DNA of 64,000 bases from Heterodontus francisci. Its lineage: Eukaryota. The notes under the pieces were generated by a model, which saw only the letters and a list, made by a program, of their open reading frames with translations, searched no databases and had not been told where the DNA came from. The stretch covers positions 8,556,001 to 8,620,000 of the forward strand of contig NC_090404.1 of assembly GCF_036365525.1 (NCBI RefSeq), written 5' to 3'. The first letter of the stretch is position 1. Each line of letters begins with the position of its first letter. The translations under genes and the position numbers were made by a program. Positions 1 through 13,250 of this stretch are shown here, one piece after another.

Positions 1-1379
1 GGGACAGGCTGAATGGACCCGAGCGTCCTTTGCTATATGTCCTCGTTAGTATATTCAATATTACAACTTGCGGGCCTGTCTCTTCACATCATTTTGAGTT
101 TCTCACTCAAGACTCGCTCAGATGACGTCAATTACCTGACTGACCTCAGGACCGGCCATTGGGCACTGCGTCTTTCTAGGAAGCAAATGGGGGGCTCTTT
201 GCACCAATCAGCGAACAGTACTTGAGCACAGTCTCTTAAAAATAAGCTTTTCAAATAGCGTACAGCATGGAACTGGATTCAGAGCAGCTCGTCTTCCATT
301 TTAAGATTATTTGACTCATTAATCTGCTCAGCCTCACTCCTCTACCTTCTCTTTACCCACATCCGACAAAACAGGGCTTTTGATGACCTAGGTTTTTTTT
401 GAGCGAAGTAAAGCGAAAACCGCAGGATGTCAGTTATGTTGATTAAATAAAAATCCACGATGTAATATGTGAGTTTTCCGATATCCTCTTGCGGTTTTTA
501 ACCCTGATCAACGGTTTCCATCAATTGCTTATGAAGTCAAGGCAGCATTAACCTCCATATTATTAGCTTTCTGTCACCCTTTTGTGTTCAGTGTGTGTAA
601 GAGTGGGATAACAGGAAAAAGAGAAAGGATAGCAATCCTGGAAATATTTCAAAAAAGCTTAGTCACCCCGCAGCGTACTTAAACCCAATCTTGCTGATAT
701 TTTCAGTGGATCATCAGGAACTGTTACCCGTCATATTGGTTCTAAAAGTCCCCCCATTGTGGAATGAGCGCTTCATAGACATTTTCACATCATTGACACA
801 CGCCATGTCAGAACCGGAATCAATGACGTAAATGGAGGTGGACAAATACTCTGATTCATAAATTCTACAAAACACAAATAAGGAGACAAATCAGGAATCT
901 AACGGAATGCGGCAGGCAAAGGTATCACGTTACTTTGGAATTCGTTTCAATTTTATTTTCCAAGCTACCTGATGCCACTTCTGAAACGTTACTGAAGTCG
1001 AAATATTTCAGTGAAAAGGAAGCGACGCCCGAACGCGAACAGAAATCCTTGCCGTTAAAGACCACAATCAAACTCAGTTTGTAAATGCCCCGGCGCAGGA
1101 AAGAGCAAGAGATTTCGGCAGAAAAATAACTGCGGGAAATTCAAAACTTTCTTTCCGAGAAAGAGAAAACAAAATATGTGTCTGTGTGTTTTTTGGCCGA
1201 TTTTGTGTTTCTGAATGTCTGTCTGTACAGTTCTGGAAATGGAACAGAGGAAGTCGGATTAATTGCAAAACCAAGTTGTTTTGGTATAATAATAAAACGA
1301 ATATTTAATGTTTCCGTTCTATTTCTATCTCTCTTTGTCTCTTCTCTATTTCCATCTCGCTCTGCAAGAACATCTCCAT

Positions 1380-1790
1380 CGACACTGCCCCATGAAACAC
1401 TCCGAGAAAACGTAAAATATGGATTAGATACAGAGTAAAGCTCACTCTACAACGTCCGATCAAACACTCCCAGGGCAGTAGAGCATGGGTGAAATACAGA
1501 ATAAAACTCACTCTACACTGTCTGATCAAAGATTCCCACAGCTGATACATCTCGGTTAGGTACAGAGTAAAGCTTCTTTTACACTTTCCCATCAATCACT
1601 TCCAGGGTGAGTGCAGCATGTGTTGGATACAGATTGAAATTTCTTCCTACACTGTCCTATCAAACATCTCCTGATCAAATACAGCATGGCTTAGATAAAA
1701 AAAGTAAAGATCCCTCTATATTGTCCCGTCAAATATTACCAAAGAAGGTACTGTTTGGCTCAGATGCAGGTTAAAGCTCACTCTTTCCCA
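1380..1790 (-). repeat. ~70-bp unit satellite-like repeat (reverse orientation of the array at 6830-7570)
   Basis: Recurring GGTTAGATACAGAGTAAAGCTCNCTCTACACTGTCCNATCAAACACTCCCAGG units; degenerate copies continue to ~2480. Confidence 0.7.
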
Positions 1791-1794
1791 GAAT

Positions 1795-2165
1795 CACAGA
1801 ATTATTACAGTACAGAACGCCCATTCGGCCCATCATGTCCACACCAGCTCTCTGGAAGAGCAATTCACTCAGTTCCATTCCCTCACCTTCTCCCCATAAC
1901 CCTGCACGTTCTTCCTTTTCAGACAACTGTCAATTCCCTTTTGAAAGTTTCAGTTGAACCTGCCTCCACCACACTCTCAGGCAGTGCATTCCACACCTCA
2001 ACCACTCGCTGTTGAAAATTTGCTTCCTCGTGTCACTTTTACTTCTCTTACCAATTGCCTTCAATCTGAGCCCTCTCGTTCTCGATCCTTTCACGAGTGG
2101 GAACAGTTTGTCTCTATCTATTCTGTTCAGGCTCCTCATGATTTTGCATACCTCTATCAAATCTA
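1795..2165 (-). mobile_element. CR1-type LINE 3' fragment
   Basis: Minus ORF 1930-2160 reads KIMRSLNRIDRDKLFPLVKGSRTRG, the C-terminus of CR1 ORF2 also seen in the 19756-20919 ORF. Confidence 0.8.
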
Positions 2166-2976
2166 TAATATTCCATCAAATATTCTCAGAGTAGATTCTA
2201 TTTGGGTCAGATACAAAATAAAGCTCGCTCTCCATTGTGCCAATGTTCCCAAAGCAGCTGCAGCATGGATTATATACATAAGGACGTGTTACAACGAGCA
2301 CTTACATGTCAACTGCTGCAGCTGTTAAATAAAACTCAGAGCTTCCTTTAATCTACCCCACAAAATACTCCAATGTCAGGAACATCATAGCGGATGCACG
2401 GAATATATCTGTTATCCTGTTCCATTAAATACTCCCATATCAGGGAGAATACGATTACATACAACCTAAAGGTACTCTTTCCTATTCAGCAATGCCTTAT
2501 TGCAGCTCCAGAATGTTTTTGAACCAATAACAGCATATTGTCAACTGATAAAAGTTTGAACCGTGAGAGTCCAAGTATTGACCTGCCGAACATTCAGGTA
2601 GTGGCTCAATGGATAAAATAATGGTCATAAATGGAAACCGAAATGAGTAAACGTGGTAACGTCTCGACTGAAGTCAGGGGGAATGTCATCCTTAAAGCTG
2701 CTTCATTTTTATATGAGCCAAACTGGTTCACTAATAGTCTTAATTTATATCAGGTTTATTGCTAGAATCTTTAAAAGGAAGAGGGAATGCAGAGGTGTTT
2801 TAGATTTCCAATTCTCATTATGTCACTTGAAGAATGTTTCCAGTCAAAGTCTATTTCCAAATCCTCGGATACCACGGTCAGATGATATCTAAGTGCTATG
2901 TGCGTGCAATCATTTACAAGTACCTCACACAATATTAGCTCTCTGGGCCGTGCTTATCTATACATTACAAACAATT

Positions 2977-3080
2977 TTAACTTAAGTGCCTCACACGCAT
3001 AGTCATGAGCACTTTGAAGGCGAGTGTCTTGACCAAGCGCAGTCTGATGAAGTACAGGGACAAACCCATTTCACTGAAAC
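2977..3080 (-). pseudogene. TCR alpha/delta-class transmembrane/cytoplasmic exon
   Basis: Minus strand ggcag|GT TTC... reads (G)FSEMGLSLYFIRLRLVKTLAFKVLMTMRVRHLS*. It has the LS-x4-R-x4-K-x3-F-(N>K)-x-LMT-x-R motif of TCR alpha/delta TMs; phase-1 acceptor AG at 3082-3081, TAA at 2979-2977. Confidence 0.8.
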
Positions 3081-4553
3081 CTGCCCCACGTGAAATAGAA
3101 CAGTGAGAACCAGAAAGCAAACTTTACCAAATTTCGCATTTACTACGTATCAACGCAAAGCGTTATTTCAAAAGATTTAGCAGAATCGCCTACATTTCAA
3201 TGCATATGCCTCTGCTTCTGTATGTCTTTGTGAGTGTGTTTCTGCTACCTGAGTATGTGCCAGTGTGATGTGGGTGCCGGTTATTTCTGCGTGTGCATCT
3301 CTGTGTGTCTGTGAGGATATGTGCATCATTTATGTGTGTCTGTTTGTGTTTGCATGTGTGTTTTCTGCCTAAATGCATTTGTTCCCTTATATATATATGG
3401 AATATATTATAAATCCATATATTCTGCTTGAGTTTACAGATAGATAATTCGCAAAACACGTTCCAAAATGTTCTTGGCGAGAGTCGGCGAAGAGGAAATG
3501 AGGCTGTTTAAACTCTTTAGTGTCCTCAGATTATTACAACCCAGAAGGCACAATAAATAAAAACAGATAGCTGAAAGAAAGAGATTTCATTTGTAAACAG
3601 TGGCACTACGACGCAGGTGCAGATATTTTCTGGGTTATTTATTTGTGGCGACATTTTCAAAAGTTTCTAAAATTCCGTGTTTATTTGGTTTAGAAGCAAA
3701 TTCCTACCACTATCGCTAACATACAACAATCAGAGTAATCGCCTCTCAGTCTCTATTAAAGAACATTATGAAGAAGTTAATGGATGTTTCACCCTGCTGA
3801 ATATTTCATCTGTAATTTTAACTGTGCTACTTTAGAAAGCATCTTTCACAGTCTCATGATGTCCCAAAGCGCATTACATCCATACGGAAAATGTAATCCA
3901 TTAGAAATTGCACTGTAGGGTAACACAGCAGACAATAATGTGCATAACAGGATCCAGCAAACAGCAATGGGATATTTAACAGATATTCTGATTGTAAGTA
4001 GGGTTCAGGGCTCAATATTGGCCCACGACGCCAGGGAGAATTTCCAAGTTCTTTCAAAGAATGCCATTGGATATTTTGTGTCCATCTGGAAGGGCAGACA
4101 AGGCCTCGGTTTAACCTCTCGACAGGAAAATGAACCCATGACAGTGCAGTTTTTCCTGAAATCTCAGCCTAGATTTTATGCTGAAACCTTTGGATTTGGG
4201 TTGGGATGACGTTCTTTTTGGAATATAGTGCAAAAGGAAATTCTACAACTGCAGCATGTAGCGAGCACACAGATTCTCCAGTTTGTAGCTCAACAGGTTA
4301 AAGAGCTGTTTTTACCCGTGAGGCGAAATGTTCACTCCGAAAATTTATGAATCTTATAACGAAATCAACACCTGAACGCAGTCACAGTTTGTCGCATCGT
4401 CTCAGTTTGTGAATCGAAGGCTCTGTTCCCAGGATCTTCTTTGGACAGTTCCACATCTCACTTCCTAAACGGAAATGCATAGAACATTCCTGTGATTCAA
4501 ACTCCCTTAGAAATCAATGAAAACATCAACATTCACAAGGGCTGCTGCGTCAC

Positions 4554-4604
4554 CTGGATGTTGTACAATGTTTTTGTCTCTGGTTCCGGGATCCAGTTGA
4601 TAAT
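4554..4604 (-). pseudogene. Candidate connecting-peptide (hinge) exon of the TCR-type constant gene
   Basis: 51-nt phase1-phase1 segment, acctag|ATTATC...CATCCAG|gtgacg, reading DYQLDPGTRDKNIVQHP, located between the C and TM exons. The expected Cys appears only out of frame (CAT TGT ACA). Confidence 0.45.
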
Positions 4605-5309
4605 CTAGGTTGACACATAGGTGCAGAATGATGCCAGGAGTTATCTCGTCCCTGCTGTTACCTTGTGGTAAGATTAAACTAGCCTCTTCAGGTCGAGGGT
4701 AAGAGATATCTCGAGGTGTCGGGAATTGCCCTGCTTTGCTGACCAACATTGACACCTCACTCAATGCAATGAAGACATGTTGACGGATTATGCAAGTAAC
4801 TCACTATTTGTGGATCCTGATGTGTGAAATACTGACTGCAAAAATTGGCTTCTAAACAACAGTGACTTCATTTGAAAAGTTAACACGCTGTGTAAACATT
4901 TCATCATTCCCTTTATAGCCCTTTGGTTGTTAGGTCAGATACTAAAATGATTAGCGCCTTTCATGCCGACCCAAAGTGCTTCATAAACATTTTTGTACAG
5001 TCACCAATGATCAGATCATCTGCGTTGTAATGATTTGGAGAAAGGTATTCCCCAGGGCACTCGGGAGAACTCCCAGGAGTTCTTTGGACTAGTGGTGGCA
5101 TCATTTCTGTGTAACTGAGAGAACAGATGGAGCGTCGGTTTAATGTCTCGTCCGACACGGCCGACAACGGAGCACTCTTTCAATGATGTACTGAGATCTT
5201 CAGCCTGGGTTATGTGCTCAAATCACTGGAGTGGGCCTCGAATTTACAAACATCTGGCCGACATGGATCATGGGATCAATAAATTGTTGAAACGCAGCTT
5301 TTCCATAAA

Positions 5310-5582
5310 CTGTTTGCAGGACTATCTCGTCTGGCACCGTGGCGTGTTCAACTTTGCAATCGATCACACCCCCATGTCTCCATCGATATATCGGTAGAAA
5401 AACAGCCGGTGTGTATCTCCCATGTACGGCGGGATGAATTCAACTTCCTGACTGCGGTGGACGAAGTCTTCATGGATATGTTAATTTCTGGTGGATAGAA
5501 ATCCGTCACCAATCAAACTGCGGCTGCGTCTCCTCCCACGCTCAGAGCTCCACTCTGAAGGCGGAAGAGGTGCGTTTTTTGC
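5310..5582 (-). pseudogene. TCR alpha/delta-class constant Ig-domain exon (stop plus frameshifts)
   Basis: After ctttccag it reads HLFRLQSGALSVGGDAAAV*LVTDFYPPEINISMKT..., then in a shifted frame GRYTPAVFLPIYRWRHGGVIDCKVEHATV. First Cys is TGA. AAVCLVxxFYP without the following Trp fits Cdelta/Calpha rather than Ig or TCR beta/gamma. Donor site uncertain. Confidence 0.75.
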
Positions 5583-6829
5583 CTGGAAAGTTTGGTGAGC
5601 TCTGTGATTTGAATGAAATAATGTCAATATCTAGGACAATATTAAAATAGAATGAAATGATCCTTCTAATTCTAATGCTCAATAAAATCGCTCCTTCATT
5701 TCCTCATCCCATTTCAGTGTCGCAGTTGATGTGAATGAATTGTTCTCGTTCAGTTTTACTCTGATCATTCTGGAATTTATTTTCAATAAGGAACAGAATA
5801 TGTTTAGTAATGAATTTACAGGCATTGCGTGAATTTCGAGAGTAAAATATTAAAGAGGTCTTATGTTACTAAGTCGTGGAGGTTCTGTTACTGCGCAGAA
5901 GCTGCCTGGGTGCTTTTTTAATTAATAAAAATGTCTTTTACAGTTACGATTGAGGAAATTGGCTAAGCTCAAGAGCCCTGCTTTCGGAGACATACGATGT
6001 TACAGCCCATCGGTAGTTAATGATATCTAACCCCGACTAGACCTTGAACTATTTAAAGTAGTCCAGTCCTAAACCCATCATGTGAAATACACCCTGAGAA
6101 TAGCCGTTTAAATTCCATAGGCGTGCTCAGAAACATGCAGTGTTTACAAGGGTGTGGGTCGAGAACAGGACAAATTTTGAATTAATGAAGTGTCATTTTA
6201 TTTACAGAAATTAATATATCTTTCTGAAAATTTCCATCTCCTATGACTTTAATATTATAAAGTTCCATGTTCATTTAATGAAAAGGTAATATTTCACAAG
6301 GTACCGGGCAGAAAAAGATTAACAATTAGCATGAACTAATTTTACCATAATGTAGTAAATATTAGCAGGAGATTAACTTGGAATATAATACCAGCATTAA
6401 TTTATGAAACAAAATGAGCTCCCACAATGGCGTTACGTTCTGCCCAGCATTCCCAGTGTGGAGGGAGATTTATCTTAAATGAGCTGTGACTGTTTTATTC
6501 CGTAAAGTTCAAACAACATAAATTTGTATCTAACAAATCAGATGCAAGAGCTCGAGCCAGGTATCTAAAAATAAACCATGTTATTGCTCCAAAGAAACAA
6601 CTAATCGAGTTTACTCTTCTTTCTAAATAAAATCTCTCTAATTCTTATTGAATTGATAATGAATAAATATTTTGAGCAGCCGATCATTATTGAATGCAAT
6701 TGGCTTAATCTTGAGAGTGCTTTCCGAATAAACAATTTCAGGAAGTGACCATAACGCTCCAGACAGCAACGCCTGTTCAGATCTGAACGTCAGCTGGAAG
6801 ATATTTTGACGATTCAATTAGACGGTGTG

Positions 6830-7570
6830 AAGATTTGCTCTCTATCTCACCAGTGCTGTACCTTCCCGGCAGATGTTGAAACTGAAAGTGCAGAGGCAGT
6901 CTTACTCCATATCTAACCCGAGTTGGCATGTGTTTGACGGTAAAGTGGAAAGGAAGCTTTAATTTGTATCTGATCTGTGCTGCACCTGTCCTGGGAGTGT
7001 TTGATGGGACCGTGGAGAGGGAGCTTTACTCTGTTTTTGACACGTTTTTGTTTTTCTTTTTTTAGGAGGGAGAGGGGATCACGTCGGGCGCTGTGCAATG
7101 AATTCAGAACTGAATCACAGTGTCGAGGGAGCTTTACTCGATATCTAACCCTTCATAGTGAGGTACTGCTTGAACGCCAGGTTATTCACTACCTCCATGT
7201 CGCATTTATTGGTGGCCTATAACAGGTAGTGGCAATGAGAATAGAGGGGAGCTTTACTCCGTATCTAACCCCATGATTTTTCTTTTTTTCCTAACCCCGT
7301 GCTGTACCTGTCCTGGGAGTGTTTGATGGGGGACAGCGTAGAAGGAGCTTTACCCTGTATCGAACCCCGTGCTGTACCTGTTCTGGGAGTGTTTGATGGG
7401 GACAGTGTCGAGGGAGCTTTACTCTGAATCTAACCCCGTGCTGTACCTGTCCTGGGAGTGTTTGATGGGACAGTGTGGAGGGAGCTTTACTCTGTATCTA
7501 CCCCATGCTGTATTTGCCCTGGGAGTGTGTGATGGGACAGTTTAGAGGCAGATTTATTCTGTATCTAGCC
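6830..7570 (+). repeat. ~70-bp unit satellite-like repeat
   Basis: Units CTAACCCCGTGCTGTACCTGTCCTGGGAGTGTTTGATGGGACAGTGTNGAGGGAGCTTTACTCTGTAT, best preserved at 7290-7570. Confidence 0.8.
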
Positions 7571-8384
7571 ATTTTTTTTTCATTTTTCTTTTTTTCTTTA
7601 TCAGCCAGGGTTCCTGCTCCTGATCTCTATCTTACCCTTGCTAAATCTGATCTGAGAGTGATTGGCCAGGCAGCGTTCAAGGAGCATTTATCTGCATCTA
7701 AACAATAAACTGCGAGTGCTCGAGCCAGTTGTATAAGAATAAATCTCTCCAAAGCCCAGATCTAACAACGCAAACTCATTTATATTAAAGTTCTTTCTAA
7801 TAAAGTGTGTGCGCGGGTTGTAATGATTTATTAATTTTCAAACGTTTCGAGTAACAGATAATTATGGAATGAGAGTGACCTGATCTTTAGCTTAATTTCA
7901 GACTAAATAGTTTCAGGGAGTTATTGATTTAGTGACGGGTTTGACCAACTCCAGAAAGCAGCGTCAGTTCTGATCTGGTTGGAGGCTGCAGATACTTCGA
8001 AAATCCAAATAATGTCGAACTCGCGCTCCAAATAGCTTATGTTTGAAACCGTTATTTTGTTCAATTATTTCTTTTAAAAAAGGAAGCAGGTAGGTACCAA
8101 GTCGGGTGAGATGCAGTTATTGCACTGGGTCACAAGGCTTATCGTCGCTGAATTGCACTTCAGCGAAAACATTAAAGAGATACCATCAGACTACAATGAG
8201 TCATTATTTACAAAAAGCTTCAAGCTTCTGCAACAGTATCCAATTGACTCATTTACGTCAAGTTCCTTTCCTATTTCATTTATATCAAGTCACAAAAATA
8301 GAGCTGATTAGGAGGCTCAATATTATGAAGTGTTTCCTTCTATTAAGTCGGGAAGAACTAATTCTGTTGCATCGTATGGGATCA

Positions 8385-9060
8385 TAAAATCTTACAGCAT
8401 GGAAGGAAGGCATTCGACCCCTCGTTCCTGTCCGTGTTTCGAAATAGCGGTCCAATTTAGTCCCACACCTCAACATTTTGCTCATCATCCTGCAAATTAA
8501 CCTTCATTGTGAAAAAGTCCTCATTTCCACTCAAGTCATTTGGCCAATGATTTTAACCCTTTAACCTTTGGTTACCGACGGAGGAATCAGTTTCTCCCGA
8601 ATTGCTCAATCAAACCCTGTCATAATTTTAATTGGTCTCCCAATAATCTTCACTGCTCTAAGGAAAACAATCCCAGCTTCTCCGATATCTCTACGTATCT
8701 GACCCCTCTCATCCCTGGTTGTGATCCGGCTAAACATTCATTGTCCCTTCTTCAAGGCCTTTCCAACCTTCCAAAAGTGCGGTTTCCAAAAATCCACTCA
8801 ACAATAGTTCATCTGAAACCTGTACAGTGATTTCTAAAGGTTCCGCATGACTTCCTTGCTTTTTGTATTCACTGACTGAATTTACAAAGCCTAGTATCCC
8901 AGATAACTGTATTATCGACTTATCCTGCCACCTTCCAAGATTTCCCAATATGCAGCGCCAGGTCCCTCTGCTTTTATAACGACTTCAAAATTGTACTATT
9001 TAGATTCTACTGCCTCTCCATGTTGAAGCTCCTGAAGTGCAGCGCTTCACATTGATAGAA
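8385..9060 (-). mobile_element. Degenerate CR1-type LINE fragments
   Basis: Minus-strand remnants similar to CR1 ORF2 3' end (GILGFVNSVSEYK). Confidence 0.55.
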
Positions 9061-10068
9061 TCATAGACTAATACAGACAGAATGAGGCGATTCGTCCAAT
9101 TATTCCGGTTAACTTGCACTTGCCATGTGTTTGCCCATTTCATCAGTCTGTTTATGTCCTCCTTGTGGGAAACGGATTATTAACTGACTGGGAGGGAGGA
9201 GGAAATTCATGAGAGACCCGTTCAGTACAATAGGATACAGCACAAATCATAATGCATTTAAGAGCATGTCTCTTCCTCCAATTCTGAGAAGGAAAGAGAT
9301 AGACTCGAGACATTCCCGATTCGTCTAAAGGTGGAATCTTAGAAACTAGGATAACGAAAGTTCCCTATTGACTTCTGTGCACTAAATCATTCAGTGCATA
9401 TTTTCAAGTTTATATATTGCAAATGTCCTTTATTTATGGGGACAAAGAAGATTTAGATTCCAACGCTGGAATTTTAAAGAGTTTATAAAGGAATTTGGGA
9501 AGCATAATTTCCCCGATTGGTGAGTTGGTAAGGAGACGGCACTGATTGAAAATCTGTACCAAAGGAATGAGGGAGTGGGAAATCTGTTTTCCTACACAGT
9601 GGGTTGTTAGCACTTGGAATGTCCTATCAGAGAATAAAAAACAATCAGCAATCAGAATCCATAATAGCGCGAGAAAATGGAACATTTGAAAAGAAGATTT
9701 GAAATTGAAAGTAGAACGAGATTGGTGGAGAAATCTTTCACAGGCTTGATGAGCCAATTTGCCCTCTTCTGTGCTATAAATTTGTATTATTGTATAATTC
9801 TGGATCATGCTTTGTAAATATGATTGGATTTGTTTTAAGCATAAGACAACTGGTAGATCTAGCGGATGTAGTTATGTGACTAGGAGAACTAAACCCGCTG
9901 CAATTCAGATAAGTGTATCACCTGAAAATAACAACTTGCAATTTCATAGCCACTTTGCCGTAGTAAACACTCAGAAGAACATTCCCTGCAGTCAATTTTC
10001 AAGTTGTTTGGTTAGATATACGCTAGGGTTACAGAATCTAAATTATGAAATTGGTCATCCTTTCCCAA

Positions 10069-10442
10069 CGACACCGTCTCCACCGGCCCCCACCCCACCT
10101 CCACCACCCACCCACAGCACCCCCCACCACCCCCCCCCCCCACCCCACCCCAGTCAACCCGCACACTCTGCGGCCAGCTCGCCTGTGAAGAACTCAACAC
10201 CAACAGCTCCGTAGCCTACGGCTGTTTGGCGATGGACTACACCCCCGAAATCACCACCATTTCTTGGAAGAAAAATAAAGAACCGATCAGTACTAGATTC
10301 AAGACTGACCCGTCAGTGCCGACCAAGAAGGGAACCTACACCCTGAGCTGCCAGTTAACCATCACCGAGTCAGAGGTGGGAAGCAGCAAAATCTACTGCG
10401 AGGTTCGACGCGGAGAGTCGGTCTGGATCAATAAACTGCCAC
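10069..10442 (+). pseudogene. IGHM: IgM heavy-chain constant exon Cmu1, disrupted
   Basis: TPSPP-[77-nt C-rich insert 10086-10162][93 protein letters not shown], matching shark IgM CH1. Acceptor reads tttcccAA instead of AG, the insert shifts the frame, donor c|gttagt. Confidence 0.9.
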
Positions 10443-10459
10443 GTTAGTGTCGTATACAA

Positions 10460-11100
10460 GGGGTAAAGTGAAAAACAGATCAGTTATATTCAACCTGTAC
10501 AGAACTTTGCTTCGGTCAGCCTGAGAGTACTACACATAATCCTGGTCTCCATTTCACACTTAGTGCGCTGTGGTTAGTTTCGGTTTTCATACTGCAAGAA
10601 TGATACAGAAGCACTGGAGAAGGTACAAAAAGATTTACAAGGGCAATACCAGAACTGAACGATTATAAATGTCAAAAAGTAATTAAAAGGCTGTTGCTCT
10701 ATTCTTTAGGAAAGAGAAGGTTGCGGGTTGACCAAATACTGGTTTTTAACATTATGAATGCGTTTAATAGGTTATGTGGAGAGAAAATATTTCTGCAAGA
10801 GAGGAAGCCCAACTCTAGGGGTTATAAGCATAATAAATTCACGAATAAATGCAACGAAGAATGCAGGAGAAGTTTCTTCAGCCAGCGTGTTTAGAATGTG
10901 GAACTTGCGACCACATAGAGCGGTTGAGACAAATGACATAGATGCCCTTTAAGAGGAATCGAGATGAGTATATGAGGGAGAAAGGAAAGGATATTGATAG
11001 CGGGAGACAAAGCATAGTGGGAAGAGTTCATGTGGAGCAATAACTTCGACATTGATCTATTGGATCAAATTATTTGTTTCTATGTTTTAAATTCTATGTA
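10460..11100 (+). mobile_element. CR1-type LINE 3' fragment in the Cmu1-Cmu2 intron
   Basis: LYSLGKRRLR...FFSQRV C-terminal CR1 motif. Confidence 0.7.
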
Positions 11101-11174
11101 ATAATATTTGTAACAACGGTTTACAGTTATTTTGGATTGCAACAAAAATACCTATATATTGTATTTTCTTGAAG

Positions 11175-11486
11175 ATCGTGTGTTGCATCATCCAATTGTT
11201 ATCCTCACCCAGAGTTCCAGTGAAGAAATTACAAGCAGCAGATCTGCAACTGTCTTGTGTTCAATCATCGATTTCCATCCAGAGTCAATAACCGTGAGTT
11301 GGTTGAAGGATGGACAACCCATGGATTCGGGCTTCGCCACCTCTCCCGCCTGTGAAGCGAACGCGAACTTCTCGACGACCAGTCGGCTGACAGTCCCCGC
11401 TGGGGAATGGTTCACCAACACGGTCTATACCTGCCAAGTCTACCATCAAGCGGTCACCCAAAGCCGAAACATCACCGGATCTCCGG
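11175..11486 (+). CDS. IGHM: IgM heavy-chain constant exon Cmu2, open frame
   Basis: 312-nt phase-1 exon, gaag|ATC...CCGG|gtaaga: [104 protein letters not shown], matching shark IgM CH2. Confidence 0.92.
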
Positions 11487-12169
11487 GTAAGAGACACAAA
11501 CCGAGGAAGCTCCGGATAATTCTGAGTAAAGTCAGGACTTTGATTGAAATTAGTGTAAAGCACAGAATTATTTCGAATTTATAATCGTGTAGCTTGTGTT
11601 TCGTTCCAAAGTAAAGGAGAAGAAAGACTTTCCTTTTTTCAGCGCGTCTAGACTCCTCTCAGAGATTCAATCCACAAGGAAGAAGGTGAGCGGTGAGATT
11701 GAAGCAATAAGTCAGAGGTTGTGGCTATTTCCTGTGTTTGTGAAAGGGACAATTCGTCCTATTAAATTATGTAATGGATTACTCTGATTCCACTAACGGA
11801 ATCCTCTGGAACCATAGGTAATGCATTTATGGGGAAGCTAGATAAGTAGATGAGGTAGAAAGGAATAGAAGGAGATGAAGCAAGGTGGGATGAAATTCGT
11901 GTGCAGCATAAACATCAGCACAGATTAGTTGGGCCGAATGCCCTGTTCCTGTGCTGTAAACTCCATGTAATTTTCCATTCTAATCCTTTAAGTCCTCAGT
12001 GAAAAGGATTGTATCCGCCTCTGCTCCGGGCTGGAAAACAGGACGGGTCCCAGAGGCGTAAAGGAAAACCTTTAAAATCCAGCGCAAAGCCCATTCCTCT
12101 CACATCGAACCAGTGCTCTCATTGCACATGGTTATTGGTAGGCTGTGAAAATCTGAACAATAGTAACAT

Positions 12170-13250
12170 TTCACACACAAACGCAAAAACACATATAAAA
12201 CACTTGCATATATATGGAGACTCAAACACATAAACACATACATTAACAAAGACACACATATATAAACACATTAAGAAGCACAAACACGCACAACATTAAC
12301 TGATTTACACACAAACGCACGCATTAGTCCGCTCACACAGGCACACAAGTAACCACGGGTGTGAACGCATACATAAATACAGTGAAAAACATCCACTAAA
12401 ACAGTCATACAGACATAAGCACAACACACATCAATCCACTGACCCTCATACTCACACACACACACACACACGCACCCCGACAAACACGCACCCTGACACA
12501 TATAAATGCAACACACTAATATCCTCAAATACACACATGGACACGCAGACACGTTCGTAAACACAAACATGAACGGAAACAGACACACTGAAAAACGGAC
12601 ACATTAACACATACACACAAACGTAAACACACAGTGACATATATCGACAAACTCACTCTCTCTCACACACACACAAACAGAATGTTAAATATCTCCATTA
12701 ACACGATCATATACACTCATTAACACTATCAACACTCATTCTCATGTTACCTCATAAACAAATGGCCACACAAAGACAAATATCAACGAACGACGCAACA
12801 GGCATGGACGCCCAAACGCACTCATAAACAAACACACTCACACACACATGGACCCACACATACACAAACATACACGTTAACACACACACAAAAGGACACG
12901 CAAGCACACACATAAACAAACACACGGACAGACACACAAACAAACACATTAACATCTTGGCATTTCTTCGTGAATGAAGATTTTAGGAAGGTTTCGCTCG
13001 CAGTTGCACGCCCGCTGGTGGCAAGTCAGGCCTAGCGTCGACCGCAACACATAAACACTCAAGCACACACGTTAACACACACACCGAAAAAGGACTCATA
13101 TAGACACATTAACACACTCAAGGTAACACAAACACACACATTATCACACTCGCGCACATAAATGGATTCACAAACACAGAAAAATGCAAAACAGATAGAA
13201 ATGCACACACTAAAACACGTATACTAAATGTCACATGATACACCTATGTG
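12170..13250. repeat. Degenerate (CA)n-rich low-complexity tract
   Basis: Imperfect ACAC/AAAC repeats over about 1 kb. Confidence 0.85.

Noticed and set aside
1195-1262. SGNGT J-like motif
   Set aside because: No heptamer at correct spacing and no splice donor.
6695-6740. Minus-strand TTCGGAAAG...CTCAAGATTAAGCCA resembling a TCR J (FGK..LKIKP)
   Set aside because: FGxG incomplete, no RSS and no GT donor.
9807-10214. Proline-rich 135-aa ORF
   Set aside because: Intron read-through into the C-rich insert of Cmu1.
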